A stretch of 64,000 nucleotides of DNA from positions 60,140,001 through 60,204,000 of the forward strand of contig OX597832.1 in NCBI GenBank assembly GCA_951406725.2. The letters are read 5' to 3'. Within the stretch, counting starts at the first letter, position 1, and every line of letters begins with the position of its first letter. Under the pieces are notes generated by a model that saw only the letters and a program-made list of their open reading frames with translations, had not been told where the DNA came from and ran no database searches. Shown in pieces: positions 39,630 to 54,403 of the stretch. Source of the DNA: Octopus vulgaris. Its lineage: Eukaryota. Made by a program: the position numbers and the translations under genes.

Positions 39630-40203
39630 GTGGTTAGCGTGTTGGTTGGTTGGTCGGTCGGTTGGTCGGTCGGTCGGTCGGTTGGTTGGCTGGTTGGTTG
39701 TTTGGTTTGTCTGGCGGCTGGTTTGCTCGTTGGTTGGCTGGTTACTTGCATGCTTGCTTGTTTTGTTGGTTGTTTGCTTGGTTGTTTGCTTGTTGATTGG
39801 CTGGTTGGTTGCTAACTTGCTTGCTTGACTGCCTGCCTGATTGCTTGATTTATTAGTTGGTTGGTTGGTTGCTGGCTTGCTGGCTTGCCTGTCTGCTTGC
39901 TTGCCTGATTGCCTGCTTACTTGCATGTTTCGTTGGTTGCTTGCTTCGTTGGTGGTTACTTGCTCGCTTGCTTGCTCTCTTGGTTGGTTGCTTGCTTGCT
40001 TCGTTGGTGGTTGGTTGGTTGGTTGCCTGCTTGCTCTGTTGGTCGGCAAATTGGTTGGTTAGATGGTTGGTTAGTTGGTTGGTTAGTTAGTTGGCTGGTT
40101 GGCCGGCTGGCTGGCTGGTTGGTTGGTTGGTATGTCGGTCGGTTGGTTGGCTGCTTGCTTGCTTGCTTCGTTGGTTGGTCGGTCATTTGGTTGGTTGGTT
40201 GTT
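39630..40203. repeat. Degenerate (GGTT/GCTT)n tetranucleotide tract
   Basis: Direct reading. Confidence 0.9.
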
Positions 40204-41013
40204 GATGTTACTGTTGTTTTCGCTTAACTCATAAGTCAAGCTTGATTGAACAGATATCTGATGAAAAATATTCCAGCCATGACCATCTAGCTTATTTTCG
40301 TTTCAGGGTTTTTATGTCTGAGAAAAAAACAATGTTCCATGCTTTTCTTTAGGGAAAGGAACATTGAATTTGAGGGCAACTTGGCTTCTTTTTCTTGCAG
40401 GTCGAGGGACCACGTTGATGGACCGTCATTTACACGTTGTTGTGTGAATTTTCGTGCTCTGTATTTGATGGTGGTGGTGGTGATTAGGTGGCTGTGGTGG
40501 CGGCAGTGGTAGAGGAGGAAAAGAAGTAGAAGGTGAGGAGGAGGAAGAGGAAGAGGTAAAGAAACAAAGGGAGAGAAAGAGAAAGAGATGAAGAACGAAA
40601 AAGAAGGTAAGAATGGAGAGAGAGGTGGGGTTGTAGGAGACATTAATAAAGCAAGTTGGAAGTGACAGCTTCCATCAGCTTTTACCGAGAGAGAATTTTT
40701 GGTTTTGTAAAACAAGTTTTTCCTTATAAAACTGGGAAGATTAAAAAGTTACAATGAAAATTGGCTCACATTAGGATTAAGTGTGAGTGTGTGTGTGTGT
40801 GTGTATGTGTGTTTTGGTGTAGGTGTATGTGTGTGTATCTCTGTCTGTATGTGTGTACTTGTACGCGTAAGGGGTTGAGCATGTGTGTGTATTTGCGCGT
40901 GTGTGTGTGTATGTGTCTGTCTGTCTCTGCCTGTGTGTATGTATGTGTGCGTTGTGTACTTTTGAGCCTGTATATATATATATATGTGTGTGTGTGTTTA
41001 TATGTATGTAAGC

Positions 41014-41058
<45 letters not shown>

Positions 41059-41073
41059 TATATATATACATAT

Positions 41074-41120
<47 letters not shown>

Positions 41121-41263
41121 CATCTATGTATATGTATGTATGTATGTATGTGTGTATATGTATATATGTATGTGCCTCTTTGGATGTATCGTTGTAGGTG
41201 TATGTAAAGAGCTGACAGTTGTGTGTCTATATGTGTATATATGTATCTGCGTGTGTGCGCGTT

Positions 41264-41310
<47 letters not shown>

Positions 41311-42121
41311 GTGTGTGCATTTGTGTATACGCATGTGTACATATATTAGTACCTGCGCATATGTGTATGTGAGTGAGTTCACGTGTGCGTGAGTAGACTT
41401 GTGGCCCTATGGCTGTGTGTGTGTGCGCGCACGCGCGACTGTACGTGAGGGCTGAGAGAATTTTTTTCTCATTGGGTTTGGGTTTTGCGTATGTACATGC
41501 ATGTGTGTGTGCGTGTGTGTGTGTGTATGTAACTGTGTATTTGTGCGTATGGGTATGTAATGAGTATATGTACGCTGGTGTATGTATGTATATGTATTTG
41601 TGTATGTGTGTGTTTGTGTAAGGCCGTGTATATGCTGTGGTAGAGAGTTTGTGAGTGTGTATGTGAATGTGGTTGCGTGTGTGAATGTGGTTGTGTGTGT
41701 GAATATGTGAATGTGTGTGTGTGTGTGTGTGTGTGCCATAGTGTGACTTTGTGGCTTAGTGAGTATGAGTATGACTTTGCGAGGAGGTGAAAGTTTGCCA
41801 GTGTGTATGTGTATGTATGTGGGTGTAAGAATGTATGTGCGCGTGTGTGTGTGTACGTGTGTGTGTGAGAGAGAGAGACTGTTTTCGTGTGTATGTGAGA
41901 GAGAGATAATGTGTGTCAGAGAGAGAGAGAGTATGTGTGTGTCTTCATGTGTGTCTTCGTGTATCCGTGTGTGTGTGTGCGTGTGTGCGTGGTGCGTGTG
42001 TGTATGTGTGTGTGTATTGCAAATACAACTTGAAGCCCTGAAGGGCAGTAAAAAAAATTGAAAGCAGGTGTCGTTGGGTGGTTGGGAAGCTGGAATAAAA
42101 GTGAAGTTTGAAATCACAAGT

Positions 42122-42360
42122 ACCATCATCATCATCATCATCATCATCATCGACATCATCATCTCCGTTATCGTCATCATCTTCATCATCATCATCATCA
42201 TCATCATCACAACGATCTGCTCGCCCATATCTCAATCTCGCCCTCCGCCTCCTCCTCCTCCTCATCATCATCATCATCATCGTCATCGTGTAAATTATTT
42301 TCTATTTGTTGTGACTGTTATCGCTGTCGACACCGATTCTGTCGATGCTACAGCGGCTTG

Positions 42361-42407
<47 letters not shown>

Positions 42408-42420
42408 GTGATGGTGGTGG

Positions 42421-42452
<32 letters not shown>

Positions 42453-42459
42453 GTGGTGG

Positions 42460-42491
<32 letters not shown>

Positions 42492-42557
42492 GTGATGGTG
42501 GTGGTGGTGGTGGTGGTGATGATGCTGGTGATGATGATGGTGACGATGGTGATGATA

Positions 42558-42590
<33 letters not shown>

Positions 42591-42925
42591 GTGGTGATGA
42601 TGATGATGATGACAGTGATGATGGTCAATATGATGACAATGATAATGACGGTGATGATGATGATAACGGTGGTGATGATGATGATGATGATGATGAGGAG
42701 GAGGAGGAGGAGGAGGAGGAGGGGATCATGTTCATGTTGGAGAACAGATTCATGTAAAGTTGGGGTGAAAAAAAGACTTCAGTGGATGACTACAACAACA
42801 ACGACACCAATAACAGCATCAGCAGCAACAGCATCACCAACGGCGACAACAACATCCGCAACAACAGCAACAACAACAACAGCAACAACATCCACAAGAA
42901 CAACAACAACACCAACAGCCAAAGC
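42122..42925. repeat. Compound (CAT)n,(GAT/GGT)n,(GAG)n,(ACA)n trinucleotide tracts
   Basis: Direct reading; explains poly-D and poly-M ORFs. Confidence 0.9.
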
Positions 42926-44516
42926 AAGTAAAACCAAGAACAGCGAAGACGAACAACGTTGCGAATACGACAATAACGTCACGTGACAGTGATGTGAGGT
43001 GATTAAGGGAAATGATTGACAGGAAGGTGTGGTGAGGAGTGTCGGCGGGAGGGGAGGTGTTGAAAGCGGATCAGCTTTGTCAGTGATGATAGAGCAAATA
43101 CTGATTATGAGCAAAGGTTGACATCTATGACGAGCAGGGATGAATGTGGCGAGGATGTAGGATGGGACGAGGAACGTAGTATGCACGATGGCCAAAAGTA
43201 AGTGGAACCGTGTAGGGTAAATGTCACACGGGAGAAGGCCAAAGGTTACGCGGCGAGGTCGGAGTAAGAAGTAGTGAGAGTTTTGGCGGAGGTCACACAT
43301 GAAAGGACGGTATTCATACAGTTTAGGAGGAAAATTATGGAAACGTTTAGCAAAGCAGTGGTCACGGAAGGGTGGGTTAAATGTAACGAAGATACGACAA
43401 AATAAGGTGCTTCTTTTGAATGGGGAAGGTCAGATGTGAAAGGATCAACGATAAAGAGACAGGGAGAAAAATAAGGAAATATTTTGAAGGGCAAAGGTCA
43501 CAGAGCGGAGGAGCAAAAGTTTGGAGCACTTCGCAAAGCAGTGGTCGCACGAGGACCAAACTAAGGTGTCCTTTTGAATAAGAAATGTCATATGTGAAAG
43601 GGTCAACAAGAGAAGGGAGGGGCAAATGTCATATGAGAAAGGGTTAACAAGAGACAGGGGTAAAAATAAGGAAACATTGTGCAGGGCAAAGATCAAATGC
43701 GAGAGGTAGAATAGGTACTCAGGTAAGGAGTCTTTTAGTAAGGTAGAAATCTCAGGAGACAAGGATGGGTTAAAAATGTCCCAGCTATGGCCATCACGTC
43801 CATTTTAGTGATATTATGTATCTAAGAATATATTTTCCATTATGGGAGTGTCTTATAAACACCAGATGAGTCCTGATAGAGCTAAAGTACCTCTCGTCAA
43901 AGATGCTCTAATCGGGTACACATCAACGTCCAAGCGGCATTGTGCATCGAGGAATATACTAACTATCCATGATAAGATCAGTTGAGTATTTCAGTCGTTC
44001 CATAGCAGAAGTGCTTAGAAAGTTGTAACTACAAAGTAATTCCCCAGGCAGAATCAGCGTTATAGTGGTTTCAAATTTTGGCACAAAGCCAGAAACTTCG
44101 GTGAAGGGGAAATTCGATTGACCCCGAAGGGATGAAAGGCGAAGTTCGACCTCGGTGGAATTTCAACTCAGAACATAAAGACGGACGAATGCCGCTAAGA
44201 ATCTTGCCCGGCGCACTAACGATTCTGCCAGCTCGAATCAGCGTAATATTATTTGAGACAAGGTTAGGTCTTTTGAAGCGTGGCTATAGTCCATCTGACG
44301 AGCTTCCATACAGTTTCCGCTGGCTCAATTTTATTCACAAAACCTCAACTCAGCAGAAAACACGTAAAGAGATTCTTGCTCCAATTACTTTGTGTGAAGT
44401 GAGATCGAAACAGATTTTATGACTGCTGCGAACCTCTTTAACTATTCAGACATCGCAGATATAAAGCCACACACAGACACGCGCGCGCAAAGACACACAC
44501 ATATACGAAGAAAAAT

Positions 44517-44559
<43 letters not shown>

Positions 44560-44803
44560 CACATACACGTACACACATACAACAGTGATTATTGGACAGT
44601 CTGAAATAGAAATCATATAATTAAACACTCTATTCCTTATTAACCGCATTTCAGGTCTGATTAATCAACGTGTCATGTGTCTAGGTATGTACACGTGCAT
44701 GGGTGTACGTATATATGTGTGTGTAAGTGTTTGTGAGTGTGTGTGTGTATGTGTAAGTGTTTGTGAGTGAACGTGTGTGTGTTTTTGTGCACATATGTAT
44801 GCA

Positions 44804-44845
<42 letters not shown>

Positions 44846-44956
44846 CATATGTGTGTATGTATGTGTGTGTATATATATATTTGTATATATGTATGCATAT
44901 ATGTACGTATATATGTGTGTGTGTGTGCATTTGTATGCATATATATCTACAATATA

Positions 44957-45180
44957 TAATTTCTTTACCATCCACAAGGGGATAAACACAAAAGGGACAA
45001 ACAAGGACAGACACACGGATTAAGTCGATTATATCGACCCCAGTGCGTAACTGGTACTTACTTAATCGACCCCGAAAGGATGAAGGCAAAGTCGATCTCG
45101 GCGGAATTTGAACTCAGAACGTAACGGCAGACGAAATACTGCAAAGCATTTCGCCCGGCGTGCTAACGGTTCTGCCATCT
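44957..45180 (-). mobile_element. SINE family A
   Basis: Reverse complement of family A with Tx1-like tail. Confidence 0.85.
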
Positions 45181-45367
45181 ATATACACAAGCTTAAATGC
45201 ATGCAGATCTTAAATATATGCATGCACTGTATATATACGAATATGTATGTGTGTGTATGCATGTAAGTATATATGTGTGTGTGTGTATGTGAGTATATAT
45301 GTATGTATGTGGGTATATATGTGTGTGTGTCAATATATGTATGTATATGTATATATACATGTGTGTA

Positions 45368-45400
<33 letters not shown>

Positions 45401-45924
45401 TCAAAATATGCTTTAAGCGTGTCTTGAAATCTTTCACAGGCTTTCTTCGTTGTTTTTCTTCACTGGTTGGTGAGTGCCAAAGTTTACAATGGTTCAAATA
45501 AGCAAAGATTATTTTTATTTTTAAACCAGACACACATTCCATTTAACCATACCGTTAGTCAAACATTACAACACTTAATTCGTTACAGTGTGTAAAACTC
45601 ATATTTAACTGTCTACAGACGGCTAAATTTTATATTTAACTCGCCAAGCAGACACGTTTGTATAAGTTTTTAAGACAAATGTCATTTGGTGAGTGACCGA
45701 ACAAGATGTCTACTTAACTGAATTGACCAGGTGAAGAGAAAAATATTTCTTTTCTTTTTTCTTTTTTTTTTTTTTTAGTTTGGCCGATCACATGATCAGA
45801 TATATCTTTAACCTTTTTGTCTTTCATTTATTATCTCGTACTTGTTTCAGTCATTGTTGAACTGTGGCCATGCTGGGGCATGTACTTAAACGAACAAATC
45901 AATACCCTCTTTACTTTTCTCTTT

Positions 45925-46153
45925 TCTCTATTGCCCACAAGGGGCTAAACATAGAGGGGACAAACAAGGACAGACAAACGGATTAAGTTGATAACACCGA
46001 CCCCGGTGCGTAACTGGTACTTAATTTATCGACCCCAAAAGGATGAAAGCCAAAGTCGACCTCGGCGGAATTTGAACTCAGAACGTAACGGCAGACGAAA
46101 TACGGCTACGCATTTCGCCCGGCGTGCTAACGTTTCTGACAGCTCGCCGCCTT
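45925..46153 (-). mobile_element. SINE family A nested in an older family B copy (45825-46300)
   Basis: Family B pieces cttgtttcagtcattg... to the left and tcggtctcttttgcagaatcgctaa... to the right. Confidence 0.8.
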
Positions 46154-46337
46154 CAAAAGTTATTTGCATCAACCGGGAAACGATCCCGGGTCTGATTCAT
46201 ATTCTGTCGGTCTCTTTTGCAGAATCGCTAATTTACAAGGACGTAAATAAAGTAGTTCCGGCTGTCGAACGGGTGGGCGGACAAACACAAACACTAACTC
46301 AATGACACTCACATATACACACACACACACACACAGA

Positions 46338-46374
<37 letters not shown>

Positions 46375-46754
46375 GCGCGCCAATTTTTGTCTTGGAGGCT
46401 TTGTATCAAACTCCAGTTTAATTCATGTACAATTCTATGAAAATCACCAAGGCAAACTCGTAACCCTAACCCTAACCCTATCCCTATCGGTTGGAAATGG
46501 CAGCAATCGAGGTTTGCCTCGATGACTCGCTATTCTATTTTGATAACTAAAACAGACAGAATTACCAAATGAAACCAAGCAAGTGTAGTGGATTTTTGAA
46601 TCGGTCGAAATATTCGCATCGCCATCGCTGCCTATCACAATAACAACTAACAATTAGACAAAACTATTGATTATACAAAAATATCTTAAAACCAGCCTGA
46701 AATGACAAGTGGCTTCTAATGAATACAATACTACTACTACTAATAATAATGATG

Positions 46755-46839
<85 letters not shown>

Positions 46840-46858
46840 CAACAACAACAACAACAAT

Positions 46859-46899
<41 letters not shown>

Positions 46900-46921
46900 C
46901 AACAACAACAACAATAATAAA

Positions 46922-46998
<77 letters not shown>

Positions 46999-47535
46999 TA
47001 ATAATAAAGCTTGCTATTTTCGATTATTTAAGGCAAACTCAGACCATCGTGTGGTAGGTGGGTGGGTGGATGGTCGGACGAGCGGACGAGCGGATGGAAA
47101 GGCGGGCGGAGGTGGCCAGTGTTGTTATAGGTTTCTTCAAAGAGTAACCTATTATTAGTGGTCAAGGTTCGTTGGTCAGTAATCAGTGAAACGACAAAAT
47201 GTTCTTCCTAGCATTCTCATGTCAGGATAGCACTTAATGTATATGATCATCAGAATACAAATTTCGTTTGTCAGCTCTGATAATTATATATCTTTTGCTT
47301 GTAGGAGAGTTTAAATATAAATTTTAGGTCAGTTCAGTTAATATATAATAACTTTTGATTGCACAGTCACTTTAAACTGTAGCGTTTATTTGAATATAAA
47401 TTTTATTAGGATGGTCTCATGAATATTCGCTTTATTGACTTGATCAGCTTAATAAAACATTTGCGTGATCACTTGTTAAATATGTCGTTTGTCGGCCAAG
47501 TTAGCTTGTTTGCAAAATAAGTTAATAATAATAAT

Positions 47536-47872
<337 letters not shown>

Positions 47873-47891
47873 TAATGATGATGATGATAAT

Positions 47892-48410
47892 ACTGTTCTT
47901 AACTGATTGGAAGTGTTATCATGTACATTGTTTTGTCTTGGTATAAAAGATGGGTTACAGCAAATATTCTACTCAGTACCACAGAGTTGCTTGTCAGTTG
48001 TTTGACCATTACCTGTTGAGCATGTCCCTTAGTGCCTGACGATATGTCCATCTCTGATCACGAGCAGAAGTAGCGGGGAAGCATCATAGCCATGTGTTGA
48101 GTGGAATTCTTTGGGATTTGGATAATTCACCTTCGGAAACATGAGTGTTTCGTTCAACATCCTTAAACAACCCTTATTCAGGGACCTTTTGAACGGGGTG
48201 GGTTACTCCACCTGAAGAAAATTCTAACTGGGCCCCACCTGCAAGGTCATGCACTGTTTATCTTGATATGAGATAACCATGTCGCGCACATATGGTTGTG
48301 ATGCAAGCGGCTAGTGTACCCTTATCAGACGGGTAGTCATGATGGGTATACTGGGCTTCGTATATCTTAACCCAGTGTCACTTTCATGGCATGCACTGCC
48401 CTCTCACTCA
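47892..48410 (+). mobile_element. (TAA)-tailed retroposon 3' fragment, copy 1
   Basis: Collinear with 51036-51502; ends gcatgcactgc.ctctcactcaat followed by (GAT)(AAT)n. Confidence 0.7.
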
Positions 48411-48422
48411 ATGATGATGATG

Positions 48423-48521
<99 letters not shown>

Positions 48522-48539
48522 TTAAGGAATAACAACAGA

Positions 48540-49056
48540 AAAAGATGGTATAGGCACACACCAGAAAAGGTCACAGAAAACGAGAAAGCAACCATACTCT
48601 GGGATATGCCAATACACACAGATAGAGAAATTAAGGCCAACAGACCAGATATAGTTGTCAGAGATCATGAAGAAAAAAATGCTTTCTAATTGATGTATCA
48701 ATACCAGCAGATGACAACGTGTCTCTAAAAGAAATGGAGAAACTTTCAAAATACAAAGACCTGGGAATAGAGGTAACCAGAATGTGGAATCTAAAAACAG
48801 AAACAATTCCTATCATAGTAGGTGCATTAGGCATGATAAAAAAATATTCAGACAAATACATAACAAAAACACCAGGACTTACAAACACATATAACATACA
48901 GAAAATTGCACTACTAGGCACTGCACACATCCTACGCAGAACACTTTCCATACAATAACCATCAGAGCATCACAACAAATCACAGCACATTCCCAAGGCA
49001 CACAGAGCTGCGCTCTGTAGTGAAGTGAAAGCACGGTATAAAAATAAAACTACGGA
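48540..49056 (+). mobile_element. R4/Dong-clade non-LTR retrotransposon 3' end (restriction-like endonuclease domain)
   Basis: WYRHTPEKVTENEKATILWDMPIHTDREIKANRPDIVV...(frameshift)LIDVSIP...KEMEKLSKYKDL...IPIIVGALG...IQKIALLGTAHILRRTL; PD..D..K..KY motif; (TAA)n on both sides. Confidence 0.88.
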
Positions 49057-49114
49057 ATAATAATAATGATAATAATAATATTTTAAAAAATAATGATAAC
49101 AATAATAATAATTA

Positions 49115-50893
49115 ATTGGCAACAAAAAATAAGTCATTTATTTTATATGGATGACTTAAAACTATGGCAAAGACGATGAGCTTGGAAGACTACTACATAC
49201 TGTGAAAGCATTCAGTGGTATCATCGGGATGGAATTTGGTCTTGTAAATGTACCAGGGTCACTTTCCAGAAAGGGAAATTGAGGACTTCACTTTCAATGG
49301 CGCTGGATGTTGACCACAGTCATAAAAGAACTCGAGCAGGAACAAACTTACAAATATCTCGGAATAAATAACGGCTCTGGCATGTAACATGCAAGTATGA
49401 AAGAGATCAGGAGACAATGTTACAGAAGAGTTTGAGCAGTCTGAAAATCCGAGTTAAATGTACGTAACAAGGTGTTCACTATAAATCCCTTAGCAGTTCC
49501 GGTTGTTATTTATAGTTTGAATGCGTTGAACTGGAATATGAGCAAAATAAATAAGATTGACAGGAAAATCCGTAAGCTGCTGGCTTGCAATGAGATGCAG
49601 ATCGTCTTTACCTACCCAGAGCTCAAGGAGATCGAGGCTTGATGCAGTTTGAAATCTCTTACAAAACCACCACAATCGGACTGGCAAAATATCTTGAAAC
49701 ATCTAACGACTGGATCCTAAAACCCGTTGAAAACCACGTAAAAGTAAAAAAAAAGCTTCATTCTGTTATGAAGGAGAGCAAAAAATTTTCAAGTGAGTTT
49801 ATGCACAATATCCAGGTTGAACAACATGATGGAAGTGCGGCAACTGCAGCTGCAAAGCAGGTGAAATCAATATCAAAGCAAACTGCGTTTGAACAATTTG
49901 AACAATTAGCTGATACGTGGGAACAAAAATCTCTGTATGGCAAATATGTGGCCCGTAGCAAACAAGCTCAATGTAAACTAGAAGCAAACCCTTCAGTGAC
50001 CACGGCGCTCAGTGCTAAAGGCAGAGAGTGAAGGCTTTATCTTGGCTGCCCAAGATCAGAGCATATTGATCAGGAACTATCAAGCCATGTGCTAAAAAAT
50101 GGTGTAGACCCAAAGTGCCAATACTGCAACGATGGGATTGAAACAGTGGATCGCCTAATCTCTAGGTTTAAGGTTTTAGCACCTGTAGAGTACAAATCAA
50201 GACATGACAGGGTTGACCAATATCTACGTTGGATAATGTGTCAGCATTATAAAATCAAAACTGCTGACAAATGGGACAATCACAACCCTCAGGCGAGGGA
50301 GAAAAGGTGACGATTCTTTGAGACTTCCCAGTATTTACAGGCCGGACCATCAAAGCAAATAAACCAGATTTTGGTGTGAAAGACCAAAACAATACAGTCT
50401 GTTTATTGATTGACATGAATATACACTGTGACCATAATATCTCGGAAAAAAAGAATTTCATAAGCTCAGAAAATATAACGATTTGCTAATCAAAAAGATG
50501 TGGCATCTCAAGGGGGTTACAATACCAGTGATTGTAGTTGCACTTGGAATGAACAAAAAAGGAACTGGAAATTATTTAAGAATGATCCCTGGTTTACCAT
50601 CCATGCAGGAAATGCAAAAGATTGTCTTAACTGGTATGTCACGTGTACTGAGAAGAGCATCGTCGAGGTGAATTTTCTTTTCTTTCTCCCCATTTACTTT
50701 CTTTATTCACTTTTTTACTTTTTAGTTTTTCCTTTTTCTCTCTGTCTTTCACCCCCTTTTTCTCTATCAGACGAATTTGTAAATGAACAATCCGGTGTGT
50801 TTAGTTTAAGGCTTACCAATGTATACAGTACGTTTCTCTGCCCTAGGTATCAGGAAGACACTCAGCAAGAAATGAAGACAGAATCGAAAGAAG
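49115..50893 (+). mobile_element. Decayed R4/Dong-clade element (RT C-half, CCHC remnant, REL)
   Basis: ISHLFYMDDLKL (YMDD at 49144-49155), YKYLGI, EGFILAAQDQS, CQYCNDGIETVD...YKSRHDRV, ANKPD, TIPVIVVALG, MQKIVLTGMSRVLRR; many stops and frameshifts; (TAA/GAT)n flanks. Confidence 0.88.
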
Positions 50894-50956
50894 ATGATGA
50901 TGATGATGATGATGATGATGATAATAATAATAATAAATATTAAAAATAAAAATAAA

Positions 50957-51009
<53 letters not shown>

Positions 51010-51035
51010 GATAAATAAATAAAAGGGCTACAGTG

Positions 51036-51515
51036 GTGTAAAAGATGGGTTACAGCAAATATTCTGCTCAGTACCACAGATTTATTTGCTTGTCAGTTTC
51101 TTGACATTAACCAGTTGAGCTTATCTGATGGTATGCGCATCTCTAATCACGAACAGAAGTAGTGGGGGCGGGCATCATAGCCTTGCTTTGAGAGGAATTC
51201 TTTGGGGTTTGAATAATTCACCTTTCGAAACATGAGTGTTTCGTTCAACATCTTTAAACAAACCTTATTCAGGGACCATTTGAACGGGATCGGCTACTCG
51301 ACCTGAAGAAAATTATAACTGGGCCCCACCTGCAAAGTTATGTGCTGTTTATCTTGATATGAGATCACCATGTCGCACACATATGGTTGTGATGCATGTG
51401 CCTGGTGTACCCTTATCAGACTGGTAATCATGATGGGTATAATGGGCTTTGTATATTTGTACCCAAGTCTCACTTTGATGGCATGCACTGCTCTCTCACT
51501 CAATAGTAATAATAA
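51036..51515 (+). mobile_element. (TAA)-tailed retroposon 3' fragment, copy 2
   Basis: Collinear with 47940-48410. Confidence 0.7.
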
Positions 51516-51941
51516 TGTGTTTAAATTGCTTGTCTCATTTAGATGTAAGATATATTAACCAGTTCGTTTCCATAGATGTTAGCACATACTTTGTTTTGTT
51601 TTCTTTTTCGTGTTGTTTTATGTTTTATCTTTTTCTATCGATCAAGGGCTTGTCTATCGTATTGTTTGTTGTGTGTCATCTGTCTGGCCAGTTAATTTTT
51701 AGATTTTTGTTTTGTAGGTCATTACATATGAAATAGATATTAAATATACGAGCTATGAAATGGAAATCACTAGACTTTCATTTAAACATTGAGGTGTTTT
51801 GTTTACTCACTTCGATATAAATATTGATTTCTAATGTAAAGCTCAAATATTTATTATCACTGTCGACTACATCAGCGTCACTATTGGACTGTTAATTATC
51901 TTATTTAGCCCGGAAACAGGAAGGGTGAATGAGAGAGAGAG

Positions 51942-51986
<45 letters not shown>

Positions 51987-52143
51987 GAGATACAGGATAC
52001 CTGCGGACTAGAGCTGAAGCGTGTCTGTTAAGGATAAAATTCCAATTAGTTGAGACGCCCTTCTCTGGAGAGAGAAGAAAGATGTGAGAGAGAAAGAGTG
52101 AGAGAGACAGAGTGAGAAAGTGACAGAGACAGATAGACAGAGA

Positions 52144-52193
<50 letters not shown>

Positions 52194-52427
52194 CAGAGAG
52201 ATAGACACAGACAGTCAGATAGACAGACAGACAGATAGACAGACATACAGAAACAGAGAAAATACAAAAAGCCAACCTGCGTGTGATTTGAACTCGGGAA
52301 GGAAAGGGACGGAAGTGAACGTTGTATAGAATTGCAGCAATTTAATTTATATATATATATATATATATCTGTGTGTGTGTATGTGTGTGTATGTATATAT
52401 ATGTATATATATATATATATTTGTATG

Positions 52428-52489
<62 letters not shown>

Positions 52490-52756
52490 GAGGACCACTC
52501 CACATTTACTAACTTAGCCTCATCGCTTCTGATGTAGCTTAGGCCTTCGACTATTTTCTCCACTCTTCTCTTGAGGGTTGTAGGTCAGTATTTGGGGATC
52601 AAACGCAGAATGTCAGTTTCCTTAGGGTGAAACCTATACATACCCCATTGCGCTTCAGGATCTATTTTTCATATGTTTCCCCGAGGAAAGGCTTTACTCG
52701 TCCATGTATTGCTACTTTTGAATTGTCATCGGAAGTTCTTTAATATTGCTTAGTCT

Positions 52757-52949
52757 CAAGGCAGCGAGCCGGGCGAAATTCTTAGCGATATTTCGTCAGT
52801 CTTTACATTCTGAGTTCAAATTCCACCGAGGTCGACTTTGCCTTTCAGCCTTTCGAGGTCGATAAATTAAGTACCAGTTGCGTACTGGATCGATCTAATC
52901 TATTGGCATCCTCCCCAAAATTTCGGACCTTGTGCCTAGAGTAGAACAG
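52757..52949 (+). mobile_element. SINE family A (alternative tail)
   Basis: B box gagttcaaattcc; flanking direct repeat aatattgctt at 52742 and 52950. Confidence 0.8.
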
Positions 52950-53689
52950 AATATTGCTTCTTCCTATCTTCTAAGATGGAGTGTTTGCTCTAGGTAAACT
53001 CATTTTACCTCTGAGAAGGGCGGTTCAATCCTTTGACCTGTCCAGCATGAGAGAGCCTGCGAAGAGTGCGCTCTGTTGGCACGGCTCTCAGGGTCATTGA
53101 GGCACACAAACCAAAACACCACAACAAGGACCGGACCTTGTGGCAGCTCCCAACATTTATGGTCGTATAAATAATGCTATCCAACCTAGACACAATGTCA
53201 CAAATGACTGAGAAAAAAGAATATTGTCGAATATATCATCATCATCATCAACAACATTATCATCATCATCGTTATCATCTTCATCATCATCATCATCAAC
53301 CCAATGGACATTATTGTCTCGTACCCTAGGTCTCTTTGGGCTGGTCACCCGATTCTCATGGCGTTTAATTGACCGAGATCATAGCATTCAGCCTGAACGA
53401 GGCGCCAGCTGGTATCAGGGTGACTCATTTTCAGCTGATTGGACTGGAGCAGCGTGAAATAAAGTGTTTTACTCAAGAACTTAAGCACAACCAAGTCCAG
53501 GAATCGAAATCACGATCTTATTTGTATCAGCACTGGAAAAAAAAACCATCTCCGGTGGGATTCCAGCTCACGACATAAAGAGTAGCAACGAACTGTCACC
53601 ATAGTAACTCCATACATCCATCCACAGTCCTATCGATTGACTGAAATCCATTAGCTTGCTCACCGCTTATAATCATATCACTATTTATT

Positions 53690-54120
53690 TATTTATTGCC
53701 CACAGAGGGCTAAACATATAGGGGACAAACGAAGATAAACAAAGGGAGTAAGTCGATTACATCAACCTCAGTTGATTACATCAACCTCAGTGCGTAACTG
53801 GTACTTATTTAATCGACCCTGAAAGGATGAAATGTAAAGTCAACCTTGGCGGAATTTGAATTCAGAACGTAATGGTAGACGAAATACCTATTTCTTTACT
53901 ACCCACAAGAGGATAAACACAGAGAGGGAAAACAAGGACAGACAAATGGATTAAGTCGATTATATCGACCCCAGTGCGTAACTGGTACTTAATTTATCGA
54001 CCCCGAAAGGATGAAAGGCAAAGTCGACCTCGGCGGAATTTGAACTCAGAACGTAGCGACAGACGAAATACCGTTAAGCATTTCGCCCGGCGTGCTAATG
54101 ATTCTGCCAGCTCACCGCCC
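53690..54120 (-). mobile_element. SINE family A head-to-tail dimer
   Basis: Two cores and two Tx1-like tails; junction gaaatacc|tatttcttta at ~53888; flanking atatcact(a/g)tttatt direct repeat. Confidence 0.85.
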
Positions 54121-54403
54121 TATATAATATCACTGTTTATTGCAATCCGTATTTGATATCTCTTGTCAGTTTAAAACAAACTTCCTTGGCGTCGACCACC
54201 GCCACCAGCAACGCTGATCGTCATCTCACTGGCAACTTGAAATATTAATTAACAACCACATAGTTTTGGGTTCAGCCCCACAGTACGGCATCTGGACCGA
54301 GTACCTTCCGCTATAGCCTCAAGGCCGACCAATTTGTGCGTGTATTTGATAGGCGAAAATTATGTGGAATAAGTTTCATATATATATATACATATATATA
54401 TAT

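Noticed and set aside
39500-39637. 45-codon ATG ORF MAVNKLKKSEEN... as a possible exon
   Set aside because: No recognisable homology, weak splice signals, embedded between SSRs
42068-42986. Poly-Asp/Glu and poly-Met/Thr ORFs resembling acidic biomineral proteins
   Set aside because: Overlapping frames are all open because of (GAT)n; no signal peptide or splice support
47215-47256. Minus-strand CTGATGA with TCAT/ATGA stem (also CTGATGA at 19561, 24422 and 17257)
   Set aside because: No GAAA box or no stems I and III; chance matches
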